The translations under genes were made by a program, and so were the position numbers. Shown piece by piece: positions 32,019 to 45,391 of a stretch of 64,000 nt of DNA. The first letter of the stretch is position 1. Each line of letters opens with the position of its first letter. The notes under the pieces are model-generated. The model was not told the DNA's origin, ran no database searches, and was given only the letters and a program-made list of their open reading frames with translations. The DNA is from Eledone cirrhosa (taxonomy: Eukaryota). The stretch is taken from positions 279,372,001 through 279,436,000 of the forward strand of contig OZ024741.1 of the NCBI GenBank assembly GCA_964016885.1, read 5' to 3'.

Positions 32019-32229
32019 GTATATGTATATATATGTATGTATATATATGTATATATATATGTATGTATATATATATATATGTATGTATATATATATGTAT
32101 GTATATATATATGTATATATATATGTATGTATATATATATATATGTATGTATATATATATATATATGTATGTATATATGTATGTATATATGTATATATTT
32201 ATGTATGTATATATGTATATATATGTATG

Positions 32230-32262
<33 letters not shown>

Positions 32263-32529
32263 GTATATATATGTATGTATATATGTATATATATGTATGT
32301 ATATATGTATGTATATATGTATATATGTATGTATATATGTATATATATGTATGTATATATGCATATATATGTATATATATATATATAATGTATATATGTA
32401 TATATATATAATGTGTATATATATATATAATGTATATATATATATATAATGTATATATATATATATAGATATGTATATATATAGATATGTATATATATAT
32501 ATATAGATATGTATATATATATATATATA
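31723..32529. repeat. (TA)nTGTATG array
   Basis: Directly visible. Confidence 0.97.
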
Positions 32530-35178
32530 GATATGTGGAATTCCTGAGAGCAAACCTGCTGACGGCGGCAGACGAAGTCTGTGGCTGGAGCAGGCCTGTA
32601 GGTAGGAGGAGAGTAACATGGAGGTGGAACAGTAAGGTGGAGGAGTCAATTAAGGCCAAAAAGCAGGCTTGGAAAGTATGGCGGGATGGGGGAAGTAGAG
32701 AAGACTATCAAGTGGCCAGGGGGGAAGCTAGGAGACAAGTGTACTTCGCAAGAAGGGAAGCAGAGGAAAGAAAGTTCAAGCATGTTCTACAACGTGAGGA
32801 CCAAAAACGTGAGGTGTTCAGGATTGCCAGGCAATGTGTCAAGGAAAACCGTGATATTGTCGGGGAGAAGTGTGTACTTAACGATGATGGCATACTTGCC
32901 ATCACCGACGCTGATAAGAAGGTAGCTTGGAAGTGTCACTACGAAAGGCTTCTAAATGAGGAGAACAAATGGGAGAAAGACAGTCTCCCCCACATCGACC
33001 CAATAGAGGGACCAGCAGTGTTAGTCCAGGGTAGTACAATAAGTAAGGCAATCAAAGATATGAAGACGGGTAAGGCGGCTGGTCCTTCGGAAATAGTTGC
33101 TGAGATGCTGAAGGCATCTGGTTCGGTGGGACACACCATGGTCACCCGGATAGTTAACCAAGTCGTACAGAATGGGGTTGTTCCGAAGGACTGGCGTAGC
33201 AGCATCATCGTTAACTGCTATAAGGGAAAAGGAGATGCTCTAGATAGGAGTAACTATAGAGGCATTAAATTAATCGACCAGGTCATGAAGGTCACGGAAA
33301 AAGTAATAGCGCAACTAATCAGAGAGAGAATTGATCTAGATGAAATGCAGTTCGGGTTTGTGTCAGGCAAAAGTACCACAGACGCTCTTTTCATTGTACG
33401 ACAACTACAGGAGAAGTACCTAGCTAAAAGTAAACCCCTATACTTAGCTTTCGTCGACTTGGAGAAAGCCTTCGACAGAGTCCCCCGTTCCATTATCTGG
33501 TGGTCTCTTAGAAAACTAGGTGTTGACGAATGGTTTGTGAGAGCTATACAAGCCATGTATAAAGAAACAGTCAGTAAGGTTAGAATTAACAACGAATATA
33601 GTGAAGAGTTTAGCGTAAAAGTTAGTGTCCATCAGGGCTCTGTTCTTAGCCCCCTACTATTTATTATTGCCCTTCAGGCTATAACAGAGGAGTTCAAGAC
33701 CGGCTGCCCATGGGAACTCCTATATGCAGATGATCTAACGCTCATAGCTGAATCAATGACCGAACTAGAGAAGAAATTCCAAACATGGAAGCACGGCCTA
33801 GAATCAAAAGGCCTTAAAATTAACCTGGCTAAGACTAAAGTTCTAGTTTGTAGGAAAGAAAATAAGGCGGCGGTCCCATCTGGGAAATGGCCATGCTCAG
33901 TGTGTAGGAAAGGCGTAGGTTGAAACTCCATTTTATGTCCCAAATGCAAAGTATGGGTGCATAAAAGATGTAGTGGGATCACAGGTAAGCTAACTAAGAA
34001 CATAGATTTTACATGTGGCCGGTGCTCTGGTGCAATAAGTAGCAGCAAGTGCCCACAAAATACTAGCTCCTTCAACTGCGCAGAGGGTTCTATAGAAATA
34101 GTGGACAGCTTCCGTTACCTGGGTGACAAAATCAGCAGTGGGGGAGGGTGCTCTGAAAGTAGAGTAGCTAGAGTCAGAACTGGATGGAAAAAGTTCAGAG
34201 AGCTTATACCACTATTAGCCGCTAGAGGGTTCTCCCTAAAAATGAAAGGCAGGTTATACGATGCCTGCATACGAACAGCAATGCTGCATGGCAGTGAGAC
34301 CTGGGCATTGTGTGCAGAGGATATACGCAGACTAGAGAGGAACGAAGCTTGCATGCTCCGCTGGATGTGCAATAGTAATATACGTGAACGGCAAAGCATA
34401 AACGAACTAAGGAAAAAATTAGAAATAAGAGGGATCAGATGTTGTTTACTCGAGAGAAGGCTACGTTGGTACGGTCACGTGATGCGCATGAAAGACGACA
34501 GCTGTATAACAAAGTGCAGGGCAATAAAGATAGACGGTAGCCACGGAGTAGGCAGACCCAGAAAAACATGGGACGAGCTGATAAATTCCGACCTCACACG
34601 CTTACACCTCTCCAAGACAATGTCACTGGACCGAGACCTTTGGCGGTACTCAGTAATAGAGAAGACCCGCCTTACCTAAATACAAAGTAAAAACCTACTA
34701 CAGTCAGTAGGCATCTCTATCAAAACACCCCCCCCCCCCCCCGTCCCACCACCTCCGCCCCTTTCAATGTAAAGTTATGTTGGTCCCACAACATCCAGGC
34801 CGAAACAAATGAGATCGTGTAGGTGTCACGACAAAAAAACACACAGTCCACGCTGTAAATGTGGCCGTGTAGGCAACACGGTGAAAACCTCCCAGCCCCA
34901 CACTGTAAATGTGGTTGGTGTTAGGAAGGGCATCCAGCTGTAGAAAACCCGCCAGACAGTCCACGCTGTAATGTGGCCGTGTAGGCAACACGGTAAAAAC
35001 CTCCCAGACCCACACTGTAAATGTGGTTGGTGTTAGGAAGGGCATCCAACTGTAGAAAACCCGCCAGACAGTCCTATGCGAGCAAGACAACCACTCTTGC
35101 CTCAAGTGGGAAAACCCCTGTCCAAACCCATGCAAGCGTGGAACACGGACGCTAAACCTGATGATGATGATGATGATG
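32530..35178 (+). mobile_element. RTE-A, longest copy: lacks APE, complete RT, single nonsense codon
   Basis: ORFs 32487..33923 and 33957..34679 are in frame and split by TGA at 33921-33923, where the 45392 copy has AGA. Internally duplicated 3' UTR and (GAT)n tail. Confidence 0.96.
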
Positions 35179-35239
35179 ATATATATATATATAGATATGT
35201 ATATATATATATAGATATGTATATATATATGTATATATA

Positions 35240-36404
35240 TCATCATCATCATCATCATCAGCGTTTAACGTCCGTGTTCCACGCTTGCATGGGTTTGGAC
35301 GGGGGTAGTCCCACTTGAGGCAAGAGTGATTGTCTTGCTCGCATAGGACTGTCTGGCAGGTTTTCTACAGTTGGATGCCCTTCCTAACACCAACCACATT
35401 TACAGTGTGGGTCTGGGAGGTTTTTACCGTGTTGCCTACACGGCCACATTACAGCGTGGACTGTGTGTTTTTTTGTCGTGACACCTACACGATCTCATTT
35501 GTTTCGGCCTCGATGGCGCGGCACCAACATAACTTTACATAGAACGGGGTGGTGTGGATCGGGTGGGGGTGGTGGGACGGGGTGTATTTGTTAGAGATGC
35601 CTACTGGCTGGAGTAGGTTTTACTATATATTTAGGTAAGGCGGGTCTTCTCTGTTACTGAGTACCGCCAAAGGTCTCGGTCCAGTGACATTGTCTTGGAG
35701 AGGTGTAAGTGTGTGATGTCGGAGTTTATCAGCTCGTCCCAGGTTTTTCTAGGTCTGCCTATTCCGTGACTACCGTCTATCTTTATTGCCCTGCACTTTG
35801 TTATACAGCTATCGACTTTCATGCGCATCACGTGTCCATACCAACGTAGCCTTCTCTCGAGTAAACAACATCTGATCCCTCTTATCTCTAATTTATTCCT
35901 TAGTTCGTTTATGCTTTGCCGTTCACGTATATTACTGTTACACATCCAGCGGAGCATGCAAGCTTCGTTCCTCTCTAGTCTGCGTATATCCTCTGCACAC
36001 AATGCCCAGGTCTCACTGCCATGCAGCATTGCTGTTCGTATGCAGGCATCGTACAACCTGCCTTTCATTTTTAGTGAGAACCCTTTAGCAGCTAATAGTG
36101 GTATAAGCTCTCTGAACTTTTTCCAACCAGTTCTGACTCTAGCTACAGTACTTTCAGAGCACCCTCCCCCACTGCTGATTTTATCGCCCAGGTAACGGAA
36201 GCTGTCCACTATTTCTATAGAACCCTCTGCGCAATTGAAAGAGCTAGTAGTTTGTGGGCACTTGCTGCTACTTATTGCACCAGAGCACCGGCCACATGTA
36301 AAATCTATGTTCTTAGTTAGCCTACCTGTGATCCCACTACATCTTTTATGCACCCATACTTTGCATTTAGGACATAAAATGGAGTTTCTACCTACGCCTT
36401 TCCT
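35240..36404 (-). mobile_element. RTE-A, 5'-truncated, tail-to-tail with the preceding copy
   Basis: ORF 35631..36353; near-identical to 25050-26220. Confidence 0.95.
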
Positions 36405-36515
36405 ATATGTATATATATGTATATATATATATATATATGTATATATATGTATATATATATATATATGTATATATATGTATATATATATATATATGTATAT
36501 ATATGTATATATATG

Positions 36516-36546
<31 letters not shown>

Positions 36547-36693
36547 ATGTATATATATGTATATGTATATATATGTATATGTATATATATATATATGTAT
36601 ATATATTTATATGTATATATATGTATATATATGTATATATATATTTATATGTATATATATGTATATATATATATATATATATGTATGTATATG

Positions 36694-36724
<31 letters not shown>

Positions 36725-37338
36725 GTATATGTGTATATATATATATGTATATATATGTATATGTATATATATGTATATGTATATATATATATATGTATAT
36801 ATATGTATATGTATATATATGTATATGTATATATATGTATATGTATATATATATATGTATATATATGTATATATATATATGTATGTGTATATATATATAT
36901 ATGTATATATATGTATATATATATATATGTATATATATGTATATATATATATATGTATATATATGTATATATATGTATATATATATATATGTATATATAT
37001 GTATATATATGTATATGTATATATATGTATATGTATATATATGTATATATATATATATGTATATGTATATATATGTATATATATATATGTATATATATAT
37101 ATGTATATATATGTATATGTATATGTATATATATGTATATGTATATGTATATATATGTATATATATATATGTATATATATATATGTATATGTATATATAT
37201 GTATATATATATATGTATATATATATATGTATATATATGTATATGTATATATATATATATGTATATATATATGTATATATATGTATATGTATATATATAT
37301 ATATGTATATATATGTATATGTATATATATATATATGT

Positions 37339-37370
<32 letters not shown>

Positions 37371-37700
37371 GTATATATATGTATATATATATATATATAT
37401 GTATATGTATATATATGTATATGTATATATATGTATATGTATATATATATATATGTATGTATATGTATATATATATATGTATATGTATATATATGTATAT
37501 ATATGTATATGTATATATATGTATATATATGTATATATATGTATATGTATATATATGTATATATATATGTATATATATATATATATATATATGTATATGT
37601 ATATATATATATGTATATATATATGATATATATGTATATATATATATGTATATGTATATATATATATGATATATATGTATATGTATATATATATATGTAT
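36405..37700. repeat. (TA)nTG array
   Basis: Directly visible. Confidence 0.97.
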
Positions 37701-38044
37701 ATCATCATCATCATCATCATCATCATCATTTTACGTCCGCTTTTCCCTGCTTGCAAGGGTGGGACGGGAACTGATTCTGGCTTGATTTCTACAGCTGGAT
37801 GCCCTTCCTAACACCAACCTCATTTACAGTGAGTGCTGGGTGCTTTTTTGCCGTGGCACCTCCACGACCACTTTGCAGTGGAATGATAAGGACCCCAGTC
37901 CCTATCATCTCATTTCTACAGATGAGTTAACTGGAGCAATGTGAAATAAAGTGCCTTGCTCAAGGAAACAACACATCACCCGGTCTGAGAATTGAACTCA
38001 CAACCTTTCGATTGCAAGGCCAATGCTCTAACCACTAAGCCATG
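37701..38044 (-). mobile_element. SINE, near-identical to 23942-24283
   Basis: Sequence match along its length; (ATG)n tail. Confidence 0.88.
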
Positions 38045-38163
38045 TATATGTATATATATATATGTATATATATATATGTATATATATGTATATGTATATA
38101 TATATATGTATATATATATATGTATATGTATATATATATATGTATATATATGTATATGTATAT

Positions 38164-38210
<47 letters not shown>

Positions 38211-38433
38211 GAGATATGTATATATATATATGTATATATGTATATGTATATATATATGTATATGTATATATATATAGAGATATGTATGTATATATGTATA
38301 TGTATATATATGTATATATATATGTATATATATGTATATGTATATGTATATATATATGTATATATATATGTATATGTATATATGTATGTGTATATATATT
38401 TGTATGTATATATATATGTATATGTATATGTAT

Positions 38434-38465
<32 letters not shown>

Positions 38466-39500
38466 TTTCCCTGCTTGCAAGGGTGGGACGGGTCTTATTC
38501 AGCACAGCATCTCTCCACTCGTCACGGTCCCTCGTCATCTCCACCGTGAGCTTCAATGATCTGAGGTCTGTTCTCACCACCTCCGCCCATGTTTTTCGTG
38601 GTCTACCTCTACTACGTCTTCCTTCAACTGGCATTTCCTGGCACTTCGTCACCCATCGGTCATCCTCCATGCGCATCACATGTCCATACCACCTCAGTCT
38701 CCTCTCCCGTACACTACATTCTATCCCTCTCAGACACAGTTTCTCTCTCAACACATTTATGCTGGGTCGTTCACGCACATTTACACTGCACATCCAACGG
38801 AGCATGCTTGCCTCATTTCTCTCCAGCCGTCGCATATCTTCTGCGGTAGCTGCCCATGTCTCACTACCATGCAGCATCGCGCTCCTCACACAGGCATCAT
38901 ACAACCGGCCTTTCGTACGCAGGGAGAAACCCTTCTTCGTCAACAGAGGAAGCAGCTCCCTAAACTTCTTCCAACCCGTCCTTATTCTAGATACTATGGC
39001 CTCGGAACACCCTCCTCCCATGCTAATATGATCTCCTAGGTACCGGAAGCTATCCACCACTTCTATAGCGCCCTCTCGCATTTGAAAAATGTGTCTATCA
39101 GTGCGACTTCTACTGTCTAATTTCCCTGTACATCTACTGCATACATATTTCTCCCTACCTGTTAGTTTGCCTGCTATCCCGCTACATCTCTTGTGTACCC
39201 AGGACCTACATTGTGTGCATTTTATAGAATTTATGCCAGTTCCTTTTCTGCATATCGAACATGGCCATTTCCCTGACGGAATCAGGGTTTTGTCATCTTT
39301 TCTACTCATCAACACTTTTGTCTTAGCTAGATTTACTCTCAGTCCTCTTGCTTCCAACTGCTGTTTCCATAGCCGGAATTTATTCTCTAGCTCCTCTACT
39401 GATTCTGCCATAAGAGCCAGATCGTCAGCATAGAGAAGTTCCCATGGACAGCCAGTCTTAAACTCCTCTGTTATGGCTTGGAGGACTATAATGAACAACA
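38434..39500 (-). mobile_element. RTE LINE family B, 5'-truncated; ORF runs into the (GAT)n tail
   Basis: LLYADDL, PHD-type insert [36 protein letters not shown]. Nucleotide sequence clearly diverged from family A. Confidence 0.93.
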
Positions 39501-39719
39501 ATATATATATGTATATGTATATACAACAATATATATATGTATATGTATATATATATGTATATGTATATACAGTATTTTCCGTTGTGTTGTAATATAAATA
39601 TTACACACAGTAGATTATCAGCTCACGTAGAGTTTGCTCGACGGTTCCAGTTGTAGTTCCAAAAGTAATCCGGAGAAAAATAGAAAGATTTGAATGGATA
39701 CAGTTTAGTTGAAAGGAAT

Positions 39720-39839
39720 TTATTGACACGTGTTTCTATAACAGTTACATAATCTAAAACAGCTGTTATCTACAAACTTTTAGTTATGCAGACATTCAAT
39801 ATTTCAATGTTATTATTTACTGTCATTTCATCAGAATAA
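39720..39839 (-). ncRNA. Hammerhead ribozyme with expanded stem II (left arm)
   Basis: Reverse-complement copy of 42890-43009. Confidence 0.7.
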
Positions 39840-40395
39840 TATTACTGAGGACCTATTTAGTTTTTATAGAGAATATTAGGAGGGAGGGGTGAAGTTGTTA
39901 GAAGAATAGTTGAAGGAGTGGTTTTTCGATAGCAGTGAGAATTCTTGGTGGCAGTGAGTAATTAGATTCACATCTGTTGTTTTGACATTTTTTATAGAAT
40001 ATATTATTGGTTATTTTTCTAAATCTATAGAAGGATTAGAGATAGTAAAGATATGCGTGGTTGGTTTTGTGTTTGCACTTAATTAACATTCAGACTTAAA
40101 TTTTTCTTTCAAGTGTACGTATCCTTTCACCCACGCATTCACAAACAAATATATTTGCACACCTCTACAAAATACATATACTCACAATTCACATATTCAT
40201 ACTTACATATATATACACATGCATACACATATATATACACACATGTATTCATGTACATACATACGCGCTCATGTGTATACATTTTCATACTCAACTTATC
40301 TTTATATACACACGTATAGACACACACATATATACATACATACTCTAGTCCATGTGTACACACATACACATACATACACATCCATATACACATAT

Positions 40396-40446
<51 letters not shown>

Positions 40447-40649
40447 CACTTTAATACATGAATACACTTACATCTAACTGTATACATCAAACATATATAT
40501 ATATTTACTTATTTATATACATTTTCACATATATATACATACTTATGGACGTTTTTAGACACATTCATTATCGCATATTTGTACCTATTCTCATCAGCAT
40601 ATCTTTCCATTATTAGTGTGGTAATTTAAGGTTATTAATATATGTTTAT

Positions 40650-42005
40650 TACGATTCTGCGGAAATAACTGATATTGTGGGGTTATTTATCGCCTTTAGA
40701 CTCCAGGAAAAATTCAGCAATCTCCACGGCGGAATATACCGCGACGATGTTCTCCTCCTAGCTAAAAACCTTAATAACCAAAAACTAGAAAAACTACGCA
40801 AAGATATAAGAAAACTACTACTCGAAATAGGACTAACTATAACATATGAATACAACCTTAAAGTAGTTAACTTCCTGGATGTCACACTCAATTTAAACTC
40901 TGGTTTGATTAAACCGTTTCATAAATTGAATGAAAATCTCAAATACGTAAATGTTGGGTCTAACCACCCCATCTCTATAATTAAATCTATCCCTAAAAAT
41001 ATTTCCCTTAGAATCTCGGGTCTATCTTCTAACATACAAGTATTTAAGGAACACGCCGAGTACTACGATAACGCCCTTAGTAAAGCAGGCTACCTCAACA
41101 AAATAGAGTACATAGATGGGAACAATCAAAACACCCAAAATAAATCCCACATAGGTAGATATAATAACACAACACCAAACCACACTTACTACCATAGTAT
41201 GCGCACCAGTAAACCAACAAACAAAACTAATAGAAAGCGATGCAAAGAGTACTTATGGTATAACCCCGAATACAATAGTTCAATTAGTACAAATTTACCA
41301 GTACTCTTCTTTAAAATAATTAAAAGACATTTTCCCACATCACACAAATACCACAAAATCCTAAACCCTACCACTATAAGACTGTCATACTCTACAGCGT
41401 TAAACCTTGAACAACACATAAAAAAGATCAATACTAGAAGGTTAAACGAAAACACTAAGAACTTAAGTACAAAGAACACAAAAAAAACAGTAGACAATAC
41501 ACTACAGAACATAAATAAACCACACCTAAGTTCGTCCGCAATACTACTCCAGAGAAAACCCAACGTACACAACTGTAACTGCACCTATCCTGACAACTGC
41601 CCCCTCGGCAATAACTGCCTGGAAAAAAATATTATTTATAAGTGTACCATTAAATCCGGAGGCAACGAGTGGTATTACGTGGGATCAACGGCAACATCGT
41701 TTAAATCTCGATTGTATAGGCATTCTTACTCAATAAAACACCAGAGCCAAAGAAATGTAACAACTTTAGCAGAAAAAGCTTGGACGCTCAGGGATAGCGA
41801 TCAAAAGTTTACCCTAAAATGGGAAAAATTAGCTAAAACCCAAAGCTTTTCCAGGAGCCAAAATTTCTGCAAATTGTGTAATCTTGAGATTTATTACATA
41901 ATCACACACAAGAAGAAACTGCTGAATAACAGAATTGAACGAACATTATTCTGCCGTCACAGAACTAAAACCCTTTTTTCCCACTACAAGCCGAATATTA
42001 CATAA
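40650..42005 (+). CDS. 5'-truncated Penelope-like ORF: RT C-half + GIY-YIG endonuclease, open frame
   Basis: YDSAEITDIVGL, GIYRDD, VNFLDVTLNL, SNHP, WYNP, CNC..CPL..CL, NIIYKC...YYVGST, CKLC, CRH. Confidence 0.88.
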   Translation, partial: YDSAEITDIVGLFIAFRLQEKFSNLHGGIYRDDVLLLAKNLNNQKLEKLRKDIRKLLLEIGLTITYEYNLKVVNFLDVTLNLNSGLIKPFHKLNENLKYVNVGSNHPISIIKSIPKNISLRISGLSSNIQVFKEHAEYYDNALSKAGYLNKIEYIDGNNQNTQNKSHIGRYNNTTPNHTYYHSMRTSKPTNKTNRKRCKEYLWYNPEYNSSISTNLPVLFFKIIKRHFPTSHKYHKILNPTTIRLSYSTALNLEQHIKKINTRRLNENTKNLSTKNTKKTVDNTLQNINKPHLSSSAILLQRKPNVHNCNCTYPDNCPLGNNCLEKNIIYKCTIKSGGNEWYYVGSTATSFKSRLYRHSYSIKHQSQRNVTTLAEKAWTLRDSDQKFTLKWEKLAKTQSFSRSQNFCKLCNLEIYYIITHKKKLLNNRIERTLFCRHRTKTLFSHYKPNIT

Positions 42006-42272
42006 AAGAGGGACATCCCCCAACTATATAAACCTTAATCTAGTTAGAAAAATATAAAATCAATCTCTTCTCAACATATATTAATAACCTTAAATTACCA
42101 CACTAATAATGGAAAGATATGCTGATGAGAATAGGTACAAATATGCGATAATGAATGTGTCTAAAAACGTCCATAAGTATGTATATATATGTGAAAATGT
42201 ATATAAATAAGTAAATATATATATATGTTTGATGTATACAGTTAGATGTAAGTGTATTCATGTATTAAAGTG

Positions 42273-42343
<71 letters not shown>

Positions 42344-42889
42344 ATATGTGTATATGGATGTGTATGTATGTACACATGGACTAGAGTATGTATGTATATA
42401 TGTGTGTGTCTATACGTGTGTATATAAAGATAAGTTGAGTATGAAAATGTATACACATGAGCGCGTATGTATGTACATGAATACATGTGTGTATATATAT
42501 GTGTATGCATGTGTATATATATGTAAGTATGAATATGTGAATTGTGAGTATATGTATTTTGTAGAGGTGTGCAAATATATTTGTGTGTGAATGCGTGGGT
42601 GAAAGGATACGTACACTTGAAAGAAAAATTTAAGTCTGAATGTTAATTAAGTGCAAACACAAAACCAACCACGCATATCTTTACTATCTCTAATCCTTCT
42701 ATAGATTTAGAAAAATAACCAATAATATATTCTATAAAAAATGTCAAAACAACAGATGTGAATCTAATTACTCACTGCCACCAAGAATTCTCACTGCTAT
42801 CGAAAAACCACTCCTTCAACTATTCTTCTAACAACTTCACCCCTCCCTCCTAATATTCTCTATAAAAACTAAATAGGTCCTCAGTAATA

Positions 42890-43009
42890 TTATTCTGATG
42901 AAATGACAGTAAATAATAACATTGAAATATTGAATGTCTGCATAACTAAAAGTTTGTAGATAGCAGCTGTTTTAGGTTATGTAACTGTTATAGAAACACG
43001 TGTCAATAA
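42890..43009 (+). ncRNA. Hammerhead ribozyme with expanded stem II (right arm)
   Basis: TTATT CTGATGA A ATGACAGT...ACTGTTAT A GAAA CACGTG TC^ AATAA. 5-bp stem I, 8-bp closing helix II, palindromic stem III. Confidence 0.72.
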
Positions 43010-43048
43010 ATTCCTTTCAACTAAACTGTATCCATTCAAATCTTTCTA

Positions 43049-43273
43049 TGTATATGTATATATATATATATGTATATATATATGTATATATATATGTATA
43101 TGTATATATATATGTATATATATATGTATATATATGTATATATATATGTATATGTATATGTATATATATATGTATATATATATATGTATATATATATATG
43201 TATATGTATATATGTATATGTATATATGTATATATATATATATGTGTATATATGTATATATATGTATATGTAT

Positions 43274-43307
<34 letters not shown>

Positions 43308-43606
43308 ATGTGTATATGTATATATATATATATATATGTGTATATGTATATATATATATATGTGTATATGTATATATATATATATATACGTGTGTATATG
43401 TATATATATATATATATATATGTGTGTATATGTATATATATATATATATATGTGTGTATATGTATATATATATATATATATGTGTGTGTATATGTATATA
43501 TATATATATATATATGTGTATATGTATATATATATATATATATGTGTGTATATGTATATATATATATATATGTGTATATGTATATATATATATATATATA
43601 TATGTG

Positions 43607-43644
<38 letters not shown>

Positions 43645-43752
43645 CACACATATATATATATATATATATATACATATATATGTATATATGTATATATATA
43701 TATATGTATATGTATATATGTATATATATATATATGTATATATATGTAAATG

Positions 43753-43783
<31 letters not shown>

Positions 43784-44217
43784 GTATATATATGTATATG
43801 TATATATATATATGTATATATATGTATATGTATATATATATGTATATATATGTATATGTATATATATGTATATGTATATATATATATGTATGTATATATA
43901 TATATATATGTATATATATGTATATATATATGTATATATATGTATATGTATATGTATATCTATATATGTATATATATGTATGTATATGTATATCTATATA
44001 TGTATATATATGTATATGTATATCTATATATGTATATATATGTATATGTATATCTATATATGTATATATATGTATATGTATATATATGTATGTATATGTG
44101 TATATGTATATATATATATATGTATATGTATATGTGTATATGTATATATATATATATGTATATGTGTATGTGTATATGTATATATATGTATATATATATA
44201 TATGTATATATATGTAT
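43049..44217. repeat. (TA)nTG array with TGTG and TATC variants
   Basis: Directly visible. Confidence 0.97.
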
Positions 44218-44913
44218 ATAAACGAACTAAGGAAAAAATTAGAGATAAGAGGGATCAGATGTTGTTTACTCGAGAGAAGGCTACGTTGGTATGGACACGT
44301 GATGCGCATGAAAGTCGATAGCTGTATAACAAAGTGCAGGGCAATAAAGATAGACGGTAGTCACGGAATAGGCAGACCTAGAAAAACCTGGGACGAGCTG
44401 ATAAACTCCGACATCACACACTTACACCTCTCCAAGACAATGTCACTGGACCGAGACCTTTGGCGGTACTCAGTAACAGAGAAGACCCGCCTTACCTAAA
44501 TATATAGTAAAACCTACTCCAACCAGTAGGCATCTCTAACAAAATACACCCCGTCCCACCACCCCACCCCATCCACACCACCCCGTTCTATGTAAAGTTA
44601 TGTTGGTGCCGCGCCATAGGCCGAAACAAATGAGATCGTGTGGGTGTCACGACAAAAAAACACACAGTCCACGCTGTAATGTGGCCATGTAGGCAACACG
44701 GTAAAAACCTCCCAGACCAACACTGTAAAAACCTCCCAGACCCACACTGTAAATGTGGTTGGTGTTAGGAAGGGCATCCAACTGTAGAAAACCTGCCAGA
44801 CACTCCTATGCGAGCAAGACAATCACTCTTGCCTCAAGTGGGACTACCCCAGTCCAAACCCATGCAAGCGTGGAACACGGACGTTAAACGTTGATGATGA
44901 TGATGATGATGAT
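44218..44913 (+). mobile_element. RTE-A, short 3' copy
   Basis: [15 protein letters not shown]...EKTRLT*, 3' UTR, (GAT)n tail. Confidence 0.93.
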
Positions 44914-45120
44914 GTATATATATATATATGTATATGTATATATGTATATATATATATATGTATATGTATATATGTATATATATATATGTATATATATGTA
45001 TATATGTATATATATATATGTATATATATGTATATATGTATATATATATATGTATATATGTATATATATGTATATATATATGTATATATGTATATGTATA
45101 TATGTATATATATATATATG

Positions 45121-45165
<45 letters not shown>

Positions 45166-45391
45166 ATGTATATATATATGTATATATATGTATATTTATA
45201 TATGTATATATATATATGTATATATATGTATATGTATATTTATATATGTATATATATATATGTATATATATGTATATGTATATATATATATGTATGTATA
45301 TGTATATATATATATGTATATATATATGTATATATATATATATCTATATGTATATGTATATATATGTATATGTATATGTATATATATGTAT

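Larger units (their letters stand above)
39569..43048 (+). mobile_element. Penelope-like element (Naiad-type, inferred) flanked by ~970-bp inverted pseudo-LTRs
   Basis: 39681-40646 is the reverse complement of 42073-43048. An RT/GIY-YIG ORF lies between the arms, with a hammerhead in each arm. Confidence 0.9.

Noticed and set aside
33921-33923. Programmed TGA read-through in RTE ORF2
   Set aside because: Sister copies have AGA (Arg) at this position; it is a simple nonsense mutation.
40650-42005. Selenocysteine recoding as reported for some Naiad-type elements
   Set aside because: No in-frame TGA in the visible ORF, and a SECIS could not be identified by eye.
39681-43048. DNA transposon with long TIRs
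   Set aside because: The enclosed ORF is RT + GIY-YIG, and the arms are copies of the element's own 3' region with hammerheads.
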